Shown: positions 51,248 to 60,892, counted from the stretch's first letter. The stretch: 64,000 nucleotides of DNA from Clostridia bacterium (GCA_024405755.1 JAKSOD010000002.1:83203-147202), one strand, 5' to 3'. Notes: generated from the letters alone by a model not told the origin. A program made the numbers and translations.

Positions 51248-52501
51248 TTACTCTGAAACGTATTCCGCGGCGGTGAGAATTCCGTATTTTCCCGCCTCAT
51301 AAGTGAGTCCGCCCTGGAAAAATACCGTGTAAGGATCGCGCAGAGGTCCGTCGGCGGATAACTCCACCGAGGCACCCTGAACAAAGCACCCTGCCGCCAT
51401 AATGACCTTGTCGCTGTATCCGGGCATTGCCCACGGCTGAGGCTCCACGTAGGAATCCACCGGAGATCCCGCCTGAATCCCCCGACAGAACGCGCATAGT
51501 TTGTCTGCGCTGTGAGTCACGACGGTCTGAATAATGTCCGCTCTCGGCTCACTCCACGACGGGTATGCTTCATATCCCATTTTTTCAAAAATGTATGCTG
51601 CAAGGTGTGCCGTTTTCAGTGCCTCGGCAGTAGTGTGAGGAGCGTAAAAAAGTCCCATGAACATATTCTTGTTCTGTCCGAGAGTCGCTCCCACTTCTCC
51701 TCCGGTCCCCACGGTGGTGAGACGGTATGAAGCAAGTTCCACGGCGCGTGCGGTACCGGCTATGTACCCTCCGGTCTGTGCCATTCCGCCGCCGGGATTC
51801 TTGATCAGCGATCCGACAAGGAGGTCAGCACGCGGCTCACTCTCGCAGGTAAATTCACCGTAGCAGTTATCGACCACCACATATACATTGTCGCGGACTT
51901 TGTGAATTGCTTCGGTAAGTGCACTTATCTCGGCGGGAGTCAGTGTACGGCGGTTAAGATAACCTTTTGATCGCTGAACATATACCACCTTGACCGACTT
52001 ATCTTCCTCTATACGCCGGCAGATTCCGTCAACATCAAGAAGTCCGCCGCAAAGATCGATCATATCAAAACCGACTCCGAAATCCGCAAGGGATCCGTCG
52101 CCGTTCGGTGCTGGATTACCTTCGTTGTCGATACCGATAACGGAATCAAGTGTGTCATACGGTTTTCCCGCCACGGAAAGAAGAGTGTCTCCGGGACGGA
52201 GAAGTCCGAAAAGTGCCGTGGACAGAGCGTGAGATCCGTTAACGAAATTGTGCCTTACGAGTGCCGCTTCCGTTCCGAACACACGGCTCCATACAGCGTC
52301 AAGGACTTCTCTTCCTTTGTCATCGTAGCCGTAACCCGATGTCCCGGCAAAGCAGGAATCGCTGACTCTCTCCTCGCGGAAAGCACGCATGACACGGGAA
52401 GTGCCGAGATACGCTATTCGGTCGATCTCGGCAAAACGCTCTTTGAGGGCGGATTCCGCCTCCGCCGCAAGATCCAGAGTTTTTTTCGATATTTCTGTCA
52501 T
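51248..52501 (-). CDS. ynbB: YnbB-family (aluminium-resistance / methionine gamma-lyase-like) PLP protein
   Basis: 417 aa. RVMRAFREERVSDSCFAGTSGYGYDDKGREVLD and SLIKNPGGG are typical of the YnbB family. Confidence 0.85.
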   Translation of the reverse strand: MTEISKKTLDLAAEAESALKERFAEIDRIAYLGTSRVMRAFREERVSDSCFAGTSGYGYDDKGREVLDAVWSRVFGTEAALVRHNFVNGSHALSTALFGLLRPGDTLLSVAGKPYDTLDSVIGIDNEGNPAPNGDGSLADFGVGFDMIDLCGGLLDVDGICRRIEEDKSVKVVYVQRSKGYLNRRTLTPAEISALTEAIHKVRDNVYVVVDNCYGEFTCESEPRADLLVGSLIKNPGGGMAQTGGYIAGTARAVELASYRLTTVGTGGEVGATLGQNKNMFMGLFYAPHTTAEALKTAHLAAYIFEKMGYEAYPSWSEPRADIIQTVVTHSADKLCAFCRGIQAGSPVDSYVEPQPWAMPGYSDKVIMAAGCFVQGASVELSADGPLRDPYTVFFQGGLTYEAGKYGILTAAEYVSE

Positions 52502-52567
52502 TTTCTTTTGCCTTTTTGAATTTATGCTGTTTTTTCGTTTTTTGGTTTTTTCGGTTATTATTGCGTT

Positions 52568-53350
52568 TTATTCGTGATAATCACATCTTTTGCGGTAAAA
52601 ATCAGATATCGTACGCACGCCTTCCTCGCCGTCGGTGGCAAGGAAAATCACCTTTCCCTGTCTTCCTGCCGAGGCGCGTAGTCCTGCGTATTCAAGACAG
52701 CTTTTCGTGTGTCTTGCGGTGCCTTCTGCACCGTCAAATATTGCGACCTTCTCTCCGACCGCACGTCTTATCGCGCTGCGGACAAATGGATAATGTGTGC
52801 ATCCGAGCACCACGGCATCAAACCCGTCGGAGCGGAACGGAGTAAACAGACGTTCAAAATATTCGTCTGTCTCCTTTCCTTCACATTCTCCACTCTCCAC
52901 CATCTGTGACAGTCCTTCGCATGGAACGCCTATAACAGAAGAATTACCTGCCCTGCGCTCCATTAAAGCGGTAAAACGCGGCTCACTTACAGTTCTCGGA
53001 GTTGCAAGCACCAGAATTCGTCCGCATCCCGCATCCACCGCGGGTTTTACTGCGGGTTCGATCCCGATTATGGGAATCTGCGGGTATTTTTTCCGCATTG
53101 GCTCCACGGCGGCGGCGGTGGCGGTATTGCAGGCAATCACCACCGCTTTCGCTCCATGCAAGACGAGCATATCCACATTTTTTTCGGCGATCCGCCGTAC
53201 TTCTTCGTGTGTTTTTGACCCGTAGGGAGCGTTTTTTCTGTCGCCGAGATAAATAAAGTCTTCTTCCGGCATAAGTTCGCGCAGGCGCACAAGCACCGAC
53301 AACCCACCTACGCCGGAATCAAAAACCGCAATCGGTCTTGAATCTTCCAT
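52568..53350 (-). CDS. murI: glutamate racemase
   Basis: 260 aa with IAVFDSGVGGLSV and both catalytic Cys motifs, VIACNTATA and LGCTHYPF. Confidence 0.96.
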   Translation of the reverse strand: MEDSRPIAVFDSGVGGLSVLVRLRELMPEEDFIYLGDRKNAPYGSKTHEEVRRIAEKNVDMLVLHGAKAVVIACNTATAAAVEPMRKKYPQIPIIGIEPAVKPAVDAGCGRILVLATPRTVSEPRFTALMERRAGNSSVIGVPCEGLSQMVESGECEGKETDEYFERLFTPFRSDGFDAVVLGCTHYPFVRSAIRRAVGEKVAIFDGAEGTARHTKSCLEYAGLRASAGRQGKVIFLATDGEEGVRTISDFYRKRCDYHE

Positions 53351-53387
53351 TATCTGTTTTATGATTCAGTATTCCGGTGAAATCCGT

Positions 53388-54395
53388 TCATTCACCGAGA
53401 ATATAGGCAGTTCCGAGTGCCGCGCAGGCTTCTGCATCACGCAGATCTATCATCTCAACGCCGGAGTGGATATATCTGCTCGGAATCGAGATCGCGCCTG
53501 CAGCACATCCCGCTCCCGCCATTTGCAGAGACGACGTATCCGTTCCTCCTGAAATCAGGACTTCTGTCTGATGCGTGATCTTCTTATCTGCGGCGATCTT
53601 ATGAAGTTGATCCACGAGTCCGGCGTCACAGATGACTGATGCATCACGTACCTTGATCGCAGCACCGTCTCCGAGACTTACCGCCATGGGTTTTGCTCCC
53701 GGAACATCGCCAACTCCTGTCACATCAAAGGCAATCGCAACATCGGGAGCAACCGCAAATCCGACCGGGCGTGCACCGCGGCATCCAACTTCCTCCTGAA
53801 CTGTGAAGGCAAAATACACATCGTCACGACAGCCGCCAAAAATGCGCTTTGCGATCTCGATAAGAACGGCACAGCCTGCTCTGTCGTCAATGGGTCTGCC
53901 GACTATGCGGTTTTTGCTCAGACGTGTGGTATACTGAACGAGAGCAAAACGGTCACCGACAGATACTCTTCGGGATGCCTCTCCGGCGGTGGAAGCTCCG
54001 ATATCCACATAGAATTTATCCGCTTTCAGATCTTCCGGCTTCGTTCCGGCTTCGGGAACGATAACACCGCGTGTTCCGTTTTCAAACACCACTTCAGAAA
54101 ATGCGGCGGCAGTAAAATTGATCCCGCCGAGGGGAGCCAGACGCAGCATTCCGTTGTCCTCAATAAAAGTAACCATAAAACCGATCTCGTCCATATGGGC
54201 GCAGAGCAGGATCTTTTTCTTTTCCCCCTCCGCAGCGGTGCCTTTTTTCAGAGCAACAAGACTTCCGAGAGCATCATATGTGATCTCGTCAACGTAAGGA
54301 GCAATTTCCCCGCGGATCACTTCGGCTATCTTTTTTTCACTGCCGGAAGTTCCGGCGCAGCAGACCATTTTTTTAATCAGACTATACATTTTCAT
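53388..54395 (-). CDS. M42-family (TET/FrvX/YsdC-type) aminopeptidase, paralog 3
   Basis: 335 aa with CAHMDEIGFMV and GRPIDDRAGC metal-site motifs. Confidence 0.9.
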   Translation of the reverse strand: MKMYSLIKKMVCCAGTSGSEKKIAEVIRGEIAPYVDEITYDALGSLVALKKGTAAEGEKKKILLCAHMDEIGFMVTFIEDNGMLRLAPLGGINFTAAAFSEVVFENGTRGVIVPEAGTKPEDLKADKFYVDIGASTAGEASRRVSVGDRFALVQYTTRLSKNRIVGRPIDDRAGCAVLIEIAKRIFGGCRDDVYFAFTVQEEVGCRGARPVGFAVAPDVAIAFDVTGVGDVPGAKPMAVSLGDGAAIKVRDASVICDAGLVDQLHKIAADKKITHQTEVLISGGTDTSSLQMAGAGCAAGAISIPSRYIHSGVEMIDLRDAEACAALGTAYILGE

Positions 54396-54408
54396 TTCCT
54401 CCGGAATT

Positions 54409-55506
54409 TCAGAAAGAGTAGCCGTTCAGTACGGCATAGATCAGTTCACGAATTGAGTCAAAATCCGCAGCTGCCGCAACGCAGGAGGCGGAATGAAGAT
54501 ATCTTGTGGGAGCGGAAACCGCCAACGTCTTTGTCCCTCTCGCAGCCTTGTGGATGTGTCCCGCGTCATTTCCGCCGGAAACGTAACGCTTGATCTGAGC
54601 CGGGATATTTTTCTGTGCCGCGATCTTCATAGTACCGTCAACGAATTCACGGTCGTAAACCGTCGAGCGGTCGGCAAGAGAAATAACTCCGCCGTCTCCG
54701 ACTTTTGCAACGCGGGAATTTGCGGGAACATCGGGCAGATCGGCAATAGCCGTGGATTCAAGAACTATGGCGTAATCCGGTTCAAATGTCTGAGCTGCGA
54801 TCTGTGCTCCGGAACGGCCGATTTCCTCACGCACCGTAAAGGCACAGTACAGATCGAACGGCAGACGCTTCCCCTCTGCTTTGAGGCGGCGCAGAGTCTC
54901 GATAATTACGGCGCATCCGAGTCTGTCATCAATGGCTTTGCCCTTCATATACCTGTCATTCTCACCGAAAACGACGAAATCGGAATCAAAAGTACCCCAA
55001 ACTCCCACGGCAACGTATTTTTCGGCGTCTTCTTTGTTCTTCGCGCCGATATCAACATACATATCCTTGACTTTCGTTGCTGTCTTTCTCTCGTCGGCGG
55101 TCTGGTGATGGATCGCCTTTGACGCGATAACACCCGCGACATCACCGTCTTTCCCACGGAATGTTACGTGTCTGCCGCAGAGTACGCGTGGGTCAATTCC
55201 GCCCTCGCAGGAAAATTTCAGATAACCGTCAGAATCAATTTCATTGATAATAAATCCTACTTCGTCAGTATGAGCGGAAAGCATGACTTTTTTTGCAGTT
55301 TCTCCGTTTTTCGTCTCTCCGTGCAGGACTGCGTACACATTGCCGCAGCGCACACGGGTGATCTCGGCATCTGTAGTGCCTTCAAGCTGGCGGCAGATCT
55401 CATCTGCCACCGCTTCCTCACATCCTGTGGGGCCGAATGTCAGGCACAGATCACGCAGAAGTTTGATCCCGCTGAGTTTTTCTTCTGTAACTTTTTTGTT
55501 TTCCAT
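54409..55506 (-). CDS. M42-family aminopeptidase, paralog 2
   Basis: 365 aa with SAHTDEVGFII and GKAIDDRLGC motifs. Its ATG overlaps the stop of paralog 1 by 1 nt (TAATG). Confidence 0.9.
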   Translation of the reverse strand: MENKKVTEEKLSGIKLLRDLCLTFGPTGCEEAVADEICRQLEGTTDAEITRVRCGNVYAVLHGETKNGETAKKVMLSAHTDEVGFIINEIDSDGYLKFSCEGGIDPRVLCGRHVTFRGKDGDVAGVIASKAIHHQTADERKTATKVKDMYVDIGAKNKEDAEKYVAVGVWGTFDSDFVVFGENDRYMKGKAIDDRLGCAVIIETLRRLKAEGKRLPFDLYCAFTVREEIGRSGAQIAAQTFEPDYAIVLESTAIADLPDVPANSRVAKVGDGGVISLADRSTVYDREFVDGTMKIAAQKNIPAQIKRYVSGGNDAGHIHKAARGTKTLAVSAPTRYLHSASCVAAAADFDSIRELIYAVLNGYSF

Positions 55507-56579
55507 TATTTCAGATCCTCCGCGATTTTCCGTGAGGTGATGAAAAGCGCGATTATGTCACGCAATGCTGCGGCATCTTCCATTGATATGACCTCGGTGC
55601 AGGTGTGCATACTTTTCAGAGGAAGTCCCACATCGACCGTGGGAATGCCGCGTCCCACGAGTCCCACAACAGTCGCATTCGTTCCCGTTCCGCCCGGACA
55701 GACGGAAAGCTGAGTCTTTATTCCTTTTTCCTTTGCCTCATCCATCAGGATCCTGTTCAGCCGCTTGTCCGTAAGAGGTGACCATGTGACTGATACACCG
55801 CCGTTCACTTCCACGGTCTCGTTCTTTTTTGTATCGGGAGTGTGTGCAAGATTCACGTCAGCGACCAGCGCGCAGACGGGATCGACCGCAAAGGCTCCGG
55901 CAGATGCTCCTACCATGAATGCGCCGTCTTCCTCGAAAGATGAAAACAGTAGATAAACGTCTCCCCAAAGTTCCTCATGGGGAGTTGAAGCTATCGCCGC
56001 CACCGCACAGGCACCGCAGGATTTGTCGTCAAATCCTTTGCCGGCGATAAGTCCGTTTTTCAGTTCGAGGTATTTAGGACGGAAGCCTACGGGCGTTCCT
56101 ACACGGACGTATTTTTCAAGTTCCGCCTTGGTATATCCCGTATCTATCAGCAGTTCATCAATGGGTTTTAATTTATTTGCATCTCCCGGCTTTTGCAGAT
56201 GAGGAGGAGTTGATCCGACAACTCCGTAGATATTGTGTTCATTTCCGTCTGCATCTCTGCCGTATACCGTAACTTCGCTTGCCTGCAAAATGCGTGTATC
56301 AAGTCCTCCGATGTTGGTCACCGTGAGAAAGCCGTCATCTTTGACTTGTGTCACACACATACCGATCTCATCGTAGTGAGTGTCAACAAGGATTTTCGGT
56401 GCGTTCTCCTTCCCGCAGCGGCGGATAAAAAGATGATTTCCTACGGCACCGGTGTGCACTTCGTCAAAGTAACCTCCGATAAGATCAATCAGTTTTTTGC
56501 TGTCGTGGGCAGTACTGCCGGACACGGACATCAGTCCTGCCAGATCAAAAATCAGTTGTTTCAGATCGATTTCCGACAT
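55506..56579 (-). CDS. M42-family aminopeptidase, paralog 1
   Basis: 357 aa with DTHYDEIGMCV and GKGFDDKSCG motifs. Confidence 0.9.
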   Translation of the reverse strand: MSEIDLKQLIFDLAGLMSVSGSTAHDSKKLIDLIGGYFDEVHTGAVGNHLFIRRCGKENAPKILVDTHYDEIGMCVTQVKDDGFLTVTNIGGLDTRILQASEVTVYGRDADGNEHNIYGVVGSTPPHLQKPGDANKLKPIDELLIDTGYTKAELEKYVRVGTPVGFRPKYLELKNGLIAGKGFDDKSCGACAVAAIASTPHEELWGDVYLLFSSFEEDGAFMVGASAGAFAVDPVCALVADVNLAHTPDTKKNETVEVNGGVSVTWSPLTDKRLNRILMDEAKEKGIKTQLSVCPGGTGTNATVVGLVGRGIPTVDVGLPLKSMHTCTEVISMEDAAALRDIIALFITSRKIAEDLK

Positions 56580-56625
56580 TATATAGATTTCCTTTCATTT
56601 GTTTTTATTTTTCATTTTCGTCAGA

Positions 56626-58116
56626 TCACATCAGTCTTCTGACGATCTCCTTGAAGTGATTCCCGCGTTCCTCAAAATTGGCGAATCGGTCAAAACTCGT
56701 GCATCCCGGGGAAAGTATCACGGCACTTCCCGATACGGCAAGTTCCCGTGCTTTCATTACCGCCGCGTCGAAATCATCAACGTGACAGACAGTGAGCGAC
56801 GCACCTCCGTCCGGACGTCCTGCCGCCTTACGGCATATTGCCTCTTCGATCTGCGGTGCCGCCTCTCCGGTAAGAACCACGGCAGATGCCCTTTCAAAAA
56901 GTGCCTCGGCAAGCGGATCGAACGGAACGTGTTTATCCCTGCCGCCGCAGATGACCACAGGTCTGCAATCAAGATTGGAAAGTGCCGCAACAGTACGGCT
57001 GGGACTTGAATCAATCGAACTGTTATAGTATTTTACTCCGTCAAGAGTACGGATATATTCAAATCTGTGCTCAACCCCGCCGAAAGACGCAGCCACACTC
57101 CGAATCACATTGTCGTCCGCAAGTCCCCATGTCAGTCCGATGGCTGTCATATAGTTTTCCACATTGTGGATTCCCGGGAGAACGATACCGGAGCGATGAA
57201 GAACGACTTCCTCGATCTCACCGTCGGAAAATACAACGTCATCTCCACGCAGAAAGATCGCAGATGAATTTGGTCTGCCGTGTGTCAGTTCATCAAAGCT
57301 TTCATCCTGCCGATTGTGTGCTGTAAACCAGATCACCCTTCCGCGGAAACGGGAGGCTGCTTCCTCCGAGTACTTGTTTTTTGAATTCAAGACGAGAAGT
57401 TCCGTATTCTCCCCGAACACATTGAACTTTGCCCCCACGTATTCATCCATATCCGTATGCCAGTTGAGATGGTTCGGAGATACGTTTGTTATCGCGGCAC
57501 GGTGGGCAGGACCATTCATTGTCTGTAATTGAAAACTCGAAAGTTCAAGTACCGCCGTATCGCCGCAGGTCATTTCTTCTGCTTTATCAAGCAGAGGAGT
57601 ACCGATGTTTCCGCCTACAAATACTTTCCCCGTGCATTTCTTTTCTGCTGCGGCGGAAAGGATCAGGTGCGTAAGCGTGGTGGTGGTGGTCTTTCCGTCA
57701 CTGCCCGTCACCGCAACGATCCGTGCGGGAGACGCATCGCAGAACCACTCCATTTCGGATGTGAGGATCGCACCGCGGCGCACTGCCTCGGGAATATCTC
57801 CGGCGTCCGGACGTATACCGGGAGAGCGAAAGATCACGGTGTCCGTCAAATCTTCTCTGTCGCAAAGTCCTGACGTCGGATCGTGTCCCACGTCACCGAT
57901 GCATCCGGCGGACATAAGATCGGAGAGTTTCTCTCCGAGTGCCTCGGCACTTTTTCCGTCGCGGATCAGTATCCGTCCGACCATTCCCCGTTTGATCAGC
58001 AGTTTTGCAAGCGGCAGATTTGATACTCCGAGTCCCAACAGCACGGCTCTGCCGGTCTCTTTTTTCAGAATTTCGTCAATAAAACCAATTTGTCCTTGTT
58101 TTTTTCTTTCGGTCAT
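56626..58116 (-). CDS. murD: UDP-N-acetylmuramoylalanine--D-glutamate ligase
   Basis: 496 aa with the Mur ligase P-loop VTGSDGKTTTT and C-terminal SPGCTSFDRFANFEERG. Confidence 0.94.
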   Translation of the reverse strand: MTERKKQGQIGFIDEILKKETGRAVLLGLGVSNLPLAKLLIKRGMVGRILIRDGKSAEALGEKLSDLMSAGCIGDVGHDPTSGLCDREDLTDTVIFRSPGIRPDAGDIPEAVRRGAILTSEMEWFCDASPARIVAVTGSDGKTTTTTLTHLILSAAAEKKCTGKVFVGGNIGTPLLDKAEEMTCGDTAVLELSSFQLQTMNGPAHRAAITNVSPNHLNWHTDMDEYVGAKFNVFGENTELLVLNSKNKYSEEAASRFRGRVIWFTAHNRQDESFDELTHGRPNSSAIFLRGDDVVFSDGEIEEVVLHRSGIVLPGIHNVENYMTAIGLTWGLADDNVIRSVAASFGGVEHRFEYIRTLDGVKYYNSSIDSSPSRTVAALSNLDCRPVVICGGRDKHVPFDPLAEALFERASAVVLTGEAAPQIEEAICRKAAGRPDGGASLTVCHVDDFDAAVMKARELAVSGSAVILSPGCTSFDRFANFEERGNHFKEIVRRLM

Positions 58117-58161
58117 AACCGTGGCTTTCCTTTCGGAGCATTAAAAAATATGGATAATATA

Positions 58162-58190
58162 ATTATATAATATTTTAACCGTTTCTGCAA
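58162..58190 (-). promoter_or_regulatory. sigma-A-type promoter for murD
   Basis: On the minus strand: TTGCAG (58190-58185), 17-nt spacer, TATAAT (58167-58162). Confidence 0.6.
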
Positions 58191-58251
58191 CAATTTTTTC
58201 ACAAAAAGTAGATTTTTTCCCATTTCTCCGGCTTTTTTCTTTGTCTTTTGC

Positions 58252-58280
58252 TTGACAAATATGTGACAAAGTGGTAAAAT
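58252..58280 (+). promoter_or_regulatory. sigma-A promoter for the GDPD gene
   Basis: TTGACA (58252-58257), 17-nt spacer, TGgTAAAAT (TAAAAT at 58275-58280). Confidence 0.75.
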
Positions 58281-58330
58281 CTAAACTGATTCAATTTGCC
58301 GCTTTCGGCATAACTCAAAGGAGCAACGAA

Positions 58331-59119
58331 ATGAGCAAAGAAACATTCAGATTTCAGGCACACCGCGGGGACAGCGCATTCTTCCCCGAAAACACTCTCG
58401 TGTCATACAAAGCTGCACTCGATCAGGGGTATGACGTAATTGAAATTGATACAAAATTCACTGCCGACAACATCTGCATCTGCCTGCATGACGGTACATA
58501 TAACCGCACATGCCGCTTTGAAGACGGATCTTCTTTCACCGAAAAAACACCTGCCGACACCTTGACGCTTGCTGAGGTCAAGGCACTTGACGCCGGTATG
58601 TTCAAGGGCGAGGAATTCCGCGGCACCCGCATTCCCACTCTTGCCGAGGCTCTTGCATTCCTGAAAGGAAAGAATGTGAAACTCAAAATGGATAACGTAT
58701 TCCAGGGTTTCACTGAGGAAAGATTCGAAATCTTCTGCAGCACAATTGCAGAGGCTGATATGGAAGATCAGATGGGTTTTACCTGCAAGACTCTTCCCTA
58801 CTTCACTTACCTTGCAAAAAGATTTCCCAAGGCTGAAATGCACTATGACGGAAGTCTCACTCCCGACGCGCTCAGAGTCACATCAGAACTTGCCCGTGAC
58901 CGCCTGACGCTGTGGATCCCCTATGAGAATCAGTCCACCGCATGGTTCAAAGGGCGCAAGGCTGACGCCGGATTCTGCCGTGAACTCCATGAGTTCGGCA
59001 AGGTAGGTATCTGGCTTATCTCTGAAGTTGAAGAACTCCGTACCGCCGTCAATGACTTCGGCGCAGATATAATTGAAACAAACGGAACTCTGAAACCCGA
59101 CGCTCTGAAACTTATCTGA
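58331..59119 (+). CDS. glycerophosphodiester phosphodiesterase family protein
   Basis: FRFQAHRGDSAFFPENTLVSYKAALDQGYDVIEIDTKFTADNICICLHD is the GDPD N-terminal catalytic pattern. Start set at ATG 58331 with an AAAGGAG RBS. The ORF-track GTG at 58271 lies inside the promoter. Confidence 0.88.
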   Translation: MSKETFRFQAHRGDSAFFPENTLVSYKAALDQGYDVIEIDTKFTADNICICLHDGTYNRTCRFEDGSSFTEKTPADTLTLAEVKALDAGMFKGEEFRGTRIPTLAEALAFLKGKNVKLKMDNVFQGFTEERFEIFCSTIAEADMEDQMGFTCKTLPYFTYLAKRFPKAEMHYDGSLTPDALRVTSELARDRLTLWIPYENQSTAWFKGRKADAGFCRELHEFGKVGIWLISEVEELRTAVNDFGADIIETNGTLKPDALKLI

Positions 59120-59301
59120 ATATCAAATACTGAGTGCGTGGGTTATAAAAAAGTCATTATAATTTTACAGTCCGTCAAAAACAGTGATCTTTAGGTCGCT
59201 GTTTTCAATGCGACAGTGGCGTTTTTGCCATGAAACAAGGATGGTTTTCAGTTCTTGACGGCAAAACGGCGGTGTTCAGCCGCCGGGTCCAATGTCGGCG
59301 G

Positions 59302-59346
59302 GGTGTTAAAAAAACTCGTTCCCGAGTTTTTTTAACACCCCTTTTT
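59302..59346 (+). terminator. strong intrinsic terminator about 180 nt downstream of the GDPD stop
   Basis: Perfect 18-bp stem gggtgttaaaaaaactcg / cgagtttttttaacaccc with loop ttcc, followed by TTTTT. Confidence 0.85.
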
Positions 59347-59372
59347 CACATTATTTTCATAATCAATTCATC

Positions 59373-59404
59373 CTTTTTCTGTCAAAATTGCTTTTTCTGT
59401 CAAA
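59373..59404 (+). promoter_or_regulatory. 14-bp perfect direct repeat CTTTTTCTGTCAAA x2 (18-bp period), candidate operator/activator site of the VTC operon
   Basis: Copies lie at 59373-59386 and 59391-59404. The second copy covers the -35 position of an extended -10 TGaTAAAAT (59411-59419) that has no recognisable -35 hexamer. Confidence 0.55.
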
Positions 59405-59456
59405 TCCAGGTGATAAAATGATATTATCAAAACAGAAGAAGGAGAATATTGAATAT

Positions 59457-60197
59457 ATGTCGGTTTTGACTTACAACTTCCAACGGATAGAGAAAAAATA
59501 TATTCTTTCTCCTCAGAAGTACGAATTGATTTCGGAACGCATACTCCCATGTCTCATTCCTGACGAATACGGAAAAAGCACCGTAAACAGCCTTTATCTT
59601 GATACTCCCGACTTTCTTATCGCACGCACTGCCGACGAAGCGGTAAATTACAAAGAAAAACTGCGTGTCAGATCATATGGCATCACCTTTGCCGACAGTA
59701 AAGTCTTTTTTGAAATCAAGAAGAAATGTGACGGTGTGACATATAAAAGACGCGTCAGCATGACATACGCGGAAGCAGAGGAGTACATCCGCTGCCGTAT
59801 CCCCCCTTATGACACCCAGATAATGCGGGAGATCGATTACACCATGTTCCGCTGGCATTTTCCTCGTCCGTCCGTTCTTGTTTCCTGCGAACGCGAAGCG
59901 TATTTCTTCTCCGAATCCCGTGCTATGCGGATTACTTTTGACACGAACGTGCGTTACCGCAGCGAAGATAAAGACCTGACACAAGGCTCGCACGGACGGC
60001 TGCTGCTTCCGGATGATACGATACTTATGGAATTCAAAACCGACAGCGCAATGCCGCTGATGCTCTCCCGCGCCCTCGACGAATACGGAATCTTTCCCAC
60101 TTCGTTCTCAAAATACTGCGCTGCCTGCCGTGACATAATCAGAAGAAAAAAATCAGAAAAAACGGTAATCTGCAATCAATTCACCAATATTCAATAA
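59457..60197 (+). CDS. VTC-domain (CYTH/TTM-like, polyphosphate polymerase domain) protein
   Basis: N-terminal FQRIEKKYIL (RxExKY tunnel motif), SLYLDTPDF, KLRVRSY and FFEIKKK strands are typical of bacterial VTC-domain proteins. Start ATG 59457 is preferred (GGAG lies 12 nt upstream); ATG 59418 is an alternative. Confidence 0.82.
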   Translation: MSVLTYNFQRIEKKYILSPQKYELISERILPCLIPDEYGKSTVNSLYLDTPDFLIARTADEAVNYKEKLRVRSYGITFADSKVFFEIKKKCDGVTYKRRVSMTYAEAEEYIRCRIPPYDTQIMREIDYTMFRWHFPRPSVLVSCEREAYFFSESRAMRITFDTNVRYRSEDKDLTQGSHGRLLLPDDTILMEFKTDSAMPLMLSRALDEYGIFPTSFSKYCAACRDIIRRKKSEKTVICNQFTNIQ

Positions 60198-60217
60198 GAT
60201 ATACGGAGGAAACAATC

Positions 60218-60892
60218 ATGCCACAAATCCTGACCCCCATCTTTTCATCTGACGGCATTGTCACCATAGGTGGATATCTTGCCTGCACGGCAGTAGCTTT
60301 TGTTTGCGGGATAATTGTCGCTTTGGCTGCCTCATTCAAGTCAGACAATTCAAAAAGTCTTATCACCGCAATTATTCTTCTTCCTCCGATTGTGGAGTCC
60401 GTAATAATCCTCGTAAACAATAATATCGCAACCGGCGTTGCCGTTCTCGGCGCGTTTTCTCTTGTCAGATTCCGCTCCACACCCGGAAAAGCCAAGGACA
60501 TAGTATCAATTTTTCTTGCAATGACCGCCGGACTTGCCTGTGCCGGCGGATACATTACAGTCGCACTTCTGTTCGTCACCGTGATAAGTGCCGCCATGAT
60601 AGTGCTGAATCTTCTTCGTATCGGCAGCGAACGCTCACTTGATCTGCGCATCACCGTGCCGGAATCCCTCAATTTCACAGGTGCTTTCGACGATCTTTTT
60701 TCCGCATATACCTCTTCTCACCGCCTTATCAGCGTTAAAACCTCAAATATGGGAAGCCTTTATAAACTTCAATACCGGGTTGAGTTCAAAGACCGCGGAA
60801 AGATCCGGGAATTCATTGATCAGGCACGCTGCCGAAACGGCAACCTTGAAATCTCAGTCTGCGAAAGCACAGAAAGGAGCGACGAACTGTGA
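60218..60892 (+). CDS. DUF4956-domain integral membrane protein
   Basis: 224 aa with about 4-5 TM helices, the conserved GAFSLVRFRS motif and a soluble C-terminal domain. GGAGG RBS. Located immediately after the VTC gene. Confidence 0.82.
   Translation: MPQILTPIFSSDGIVTIGGYLACTAVAFVCGIIVALAASFKSDNSKSLITAIILLPPIVESVIILVNNNIATGVAVLGAFSLVRFRSTPGKAKDIVSIFLAMTAGLACAGGYITVALLFVTVISAAMIVLNLLRIGSERSLDLRITVPESLNFTGAFDDLFSAYTSSHRLISVKTSNMGSLYKLQYRVEFKDRGKIREFIDQARCRNGNLEISVCESTERSDEL

Noticed and set aside
59230-59421. 63-aa ORF between the GDPD gene and the VTC operon
   Set aside because: It has no RBS and reads through the perfect 18-bp terminator hairpin and the direct-repeat operator. It is very unlikely to be translated.
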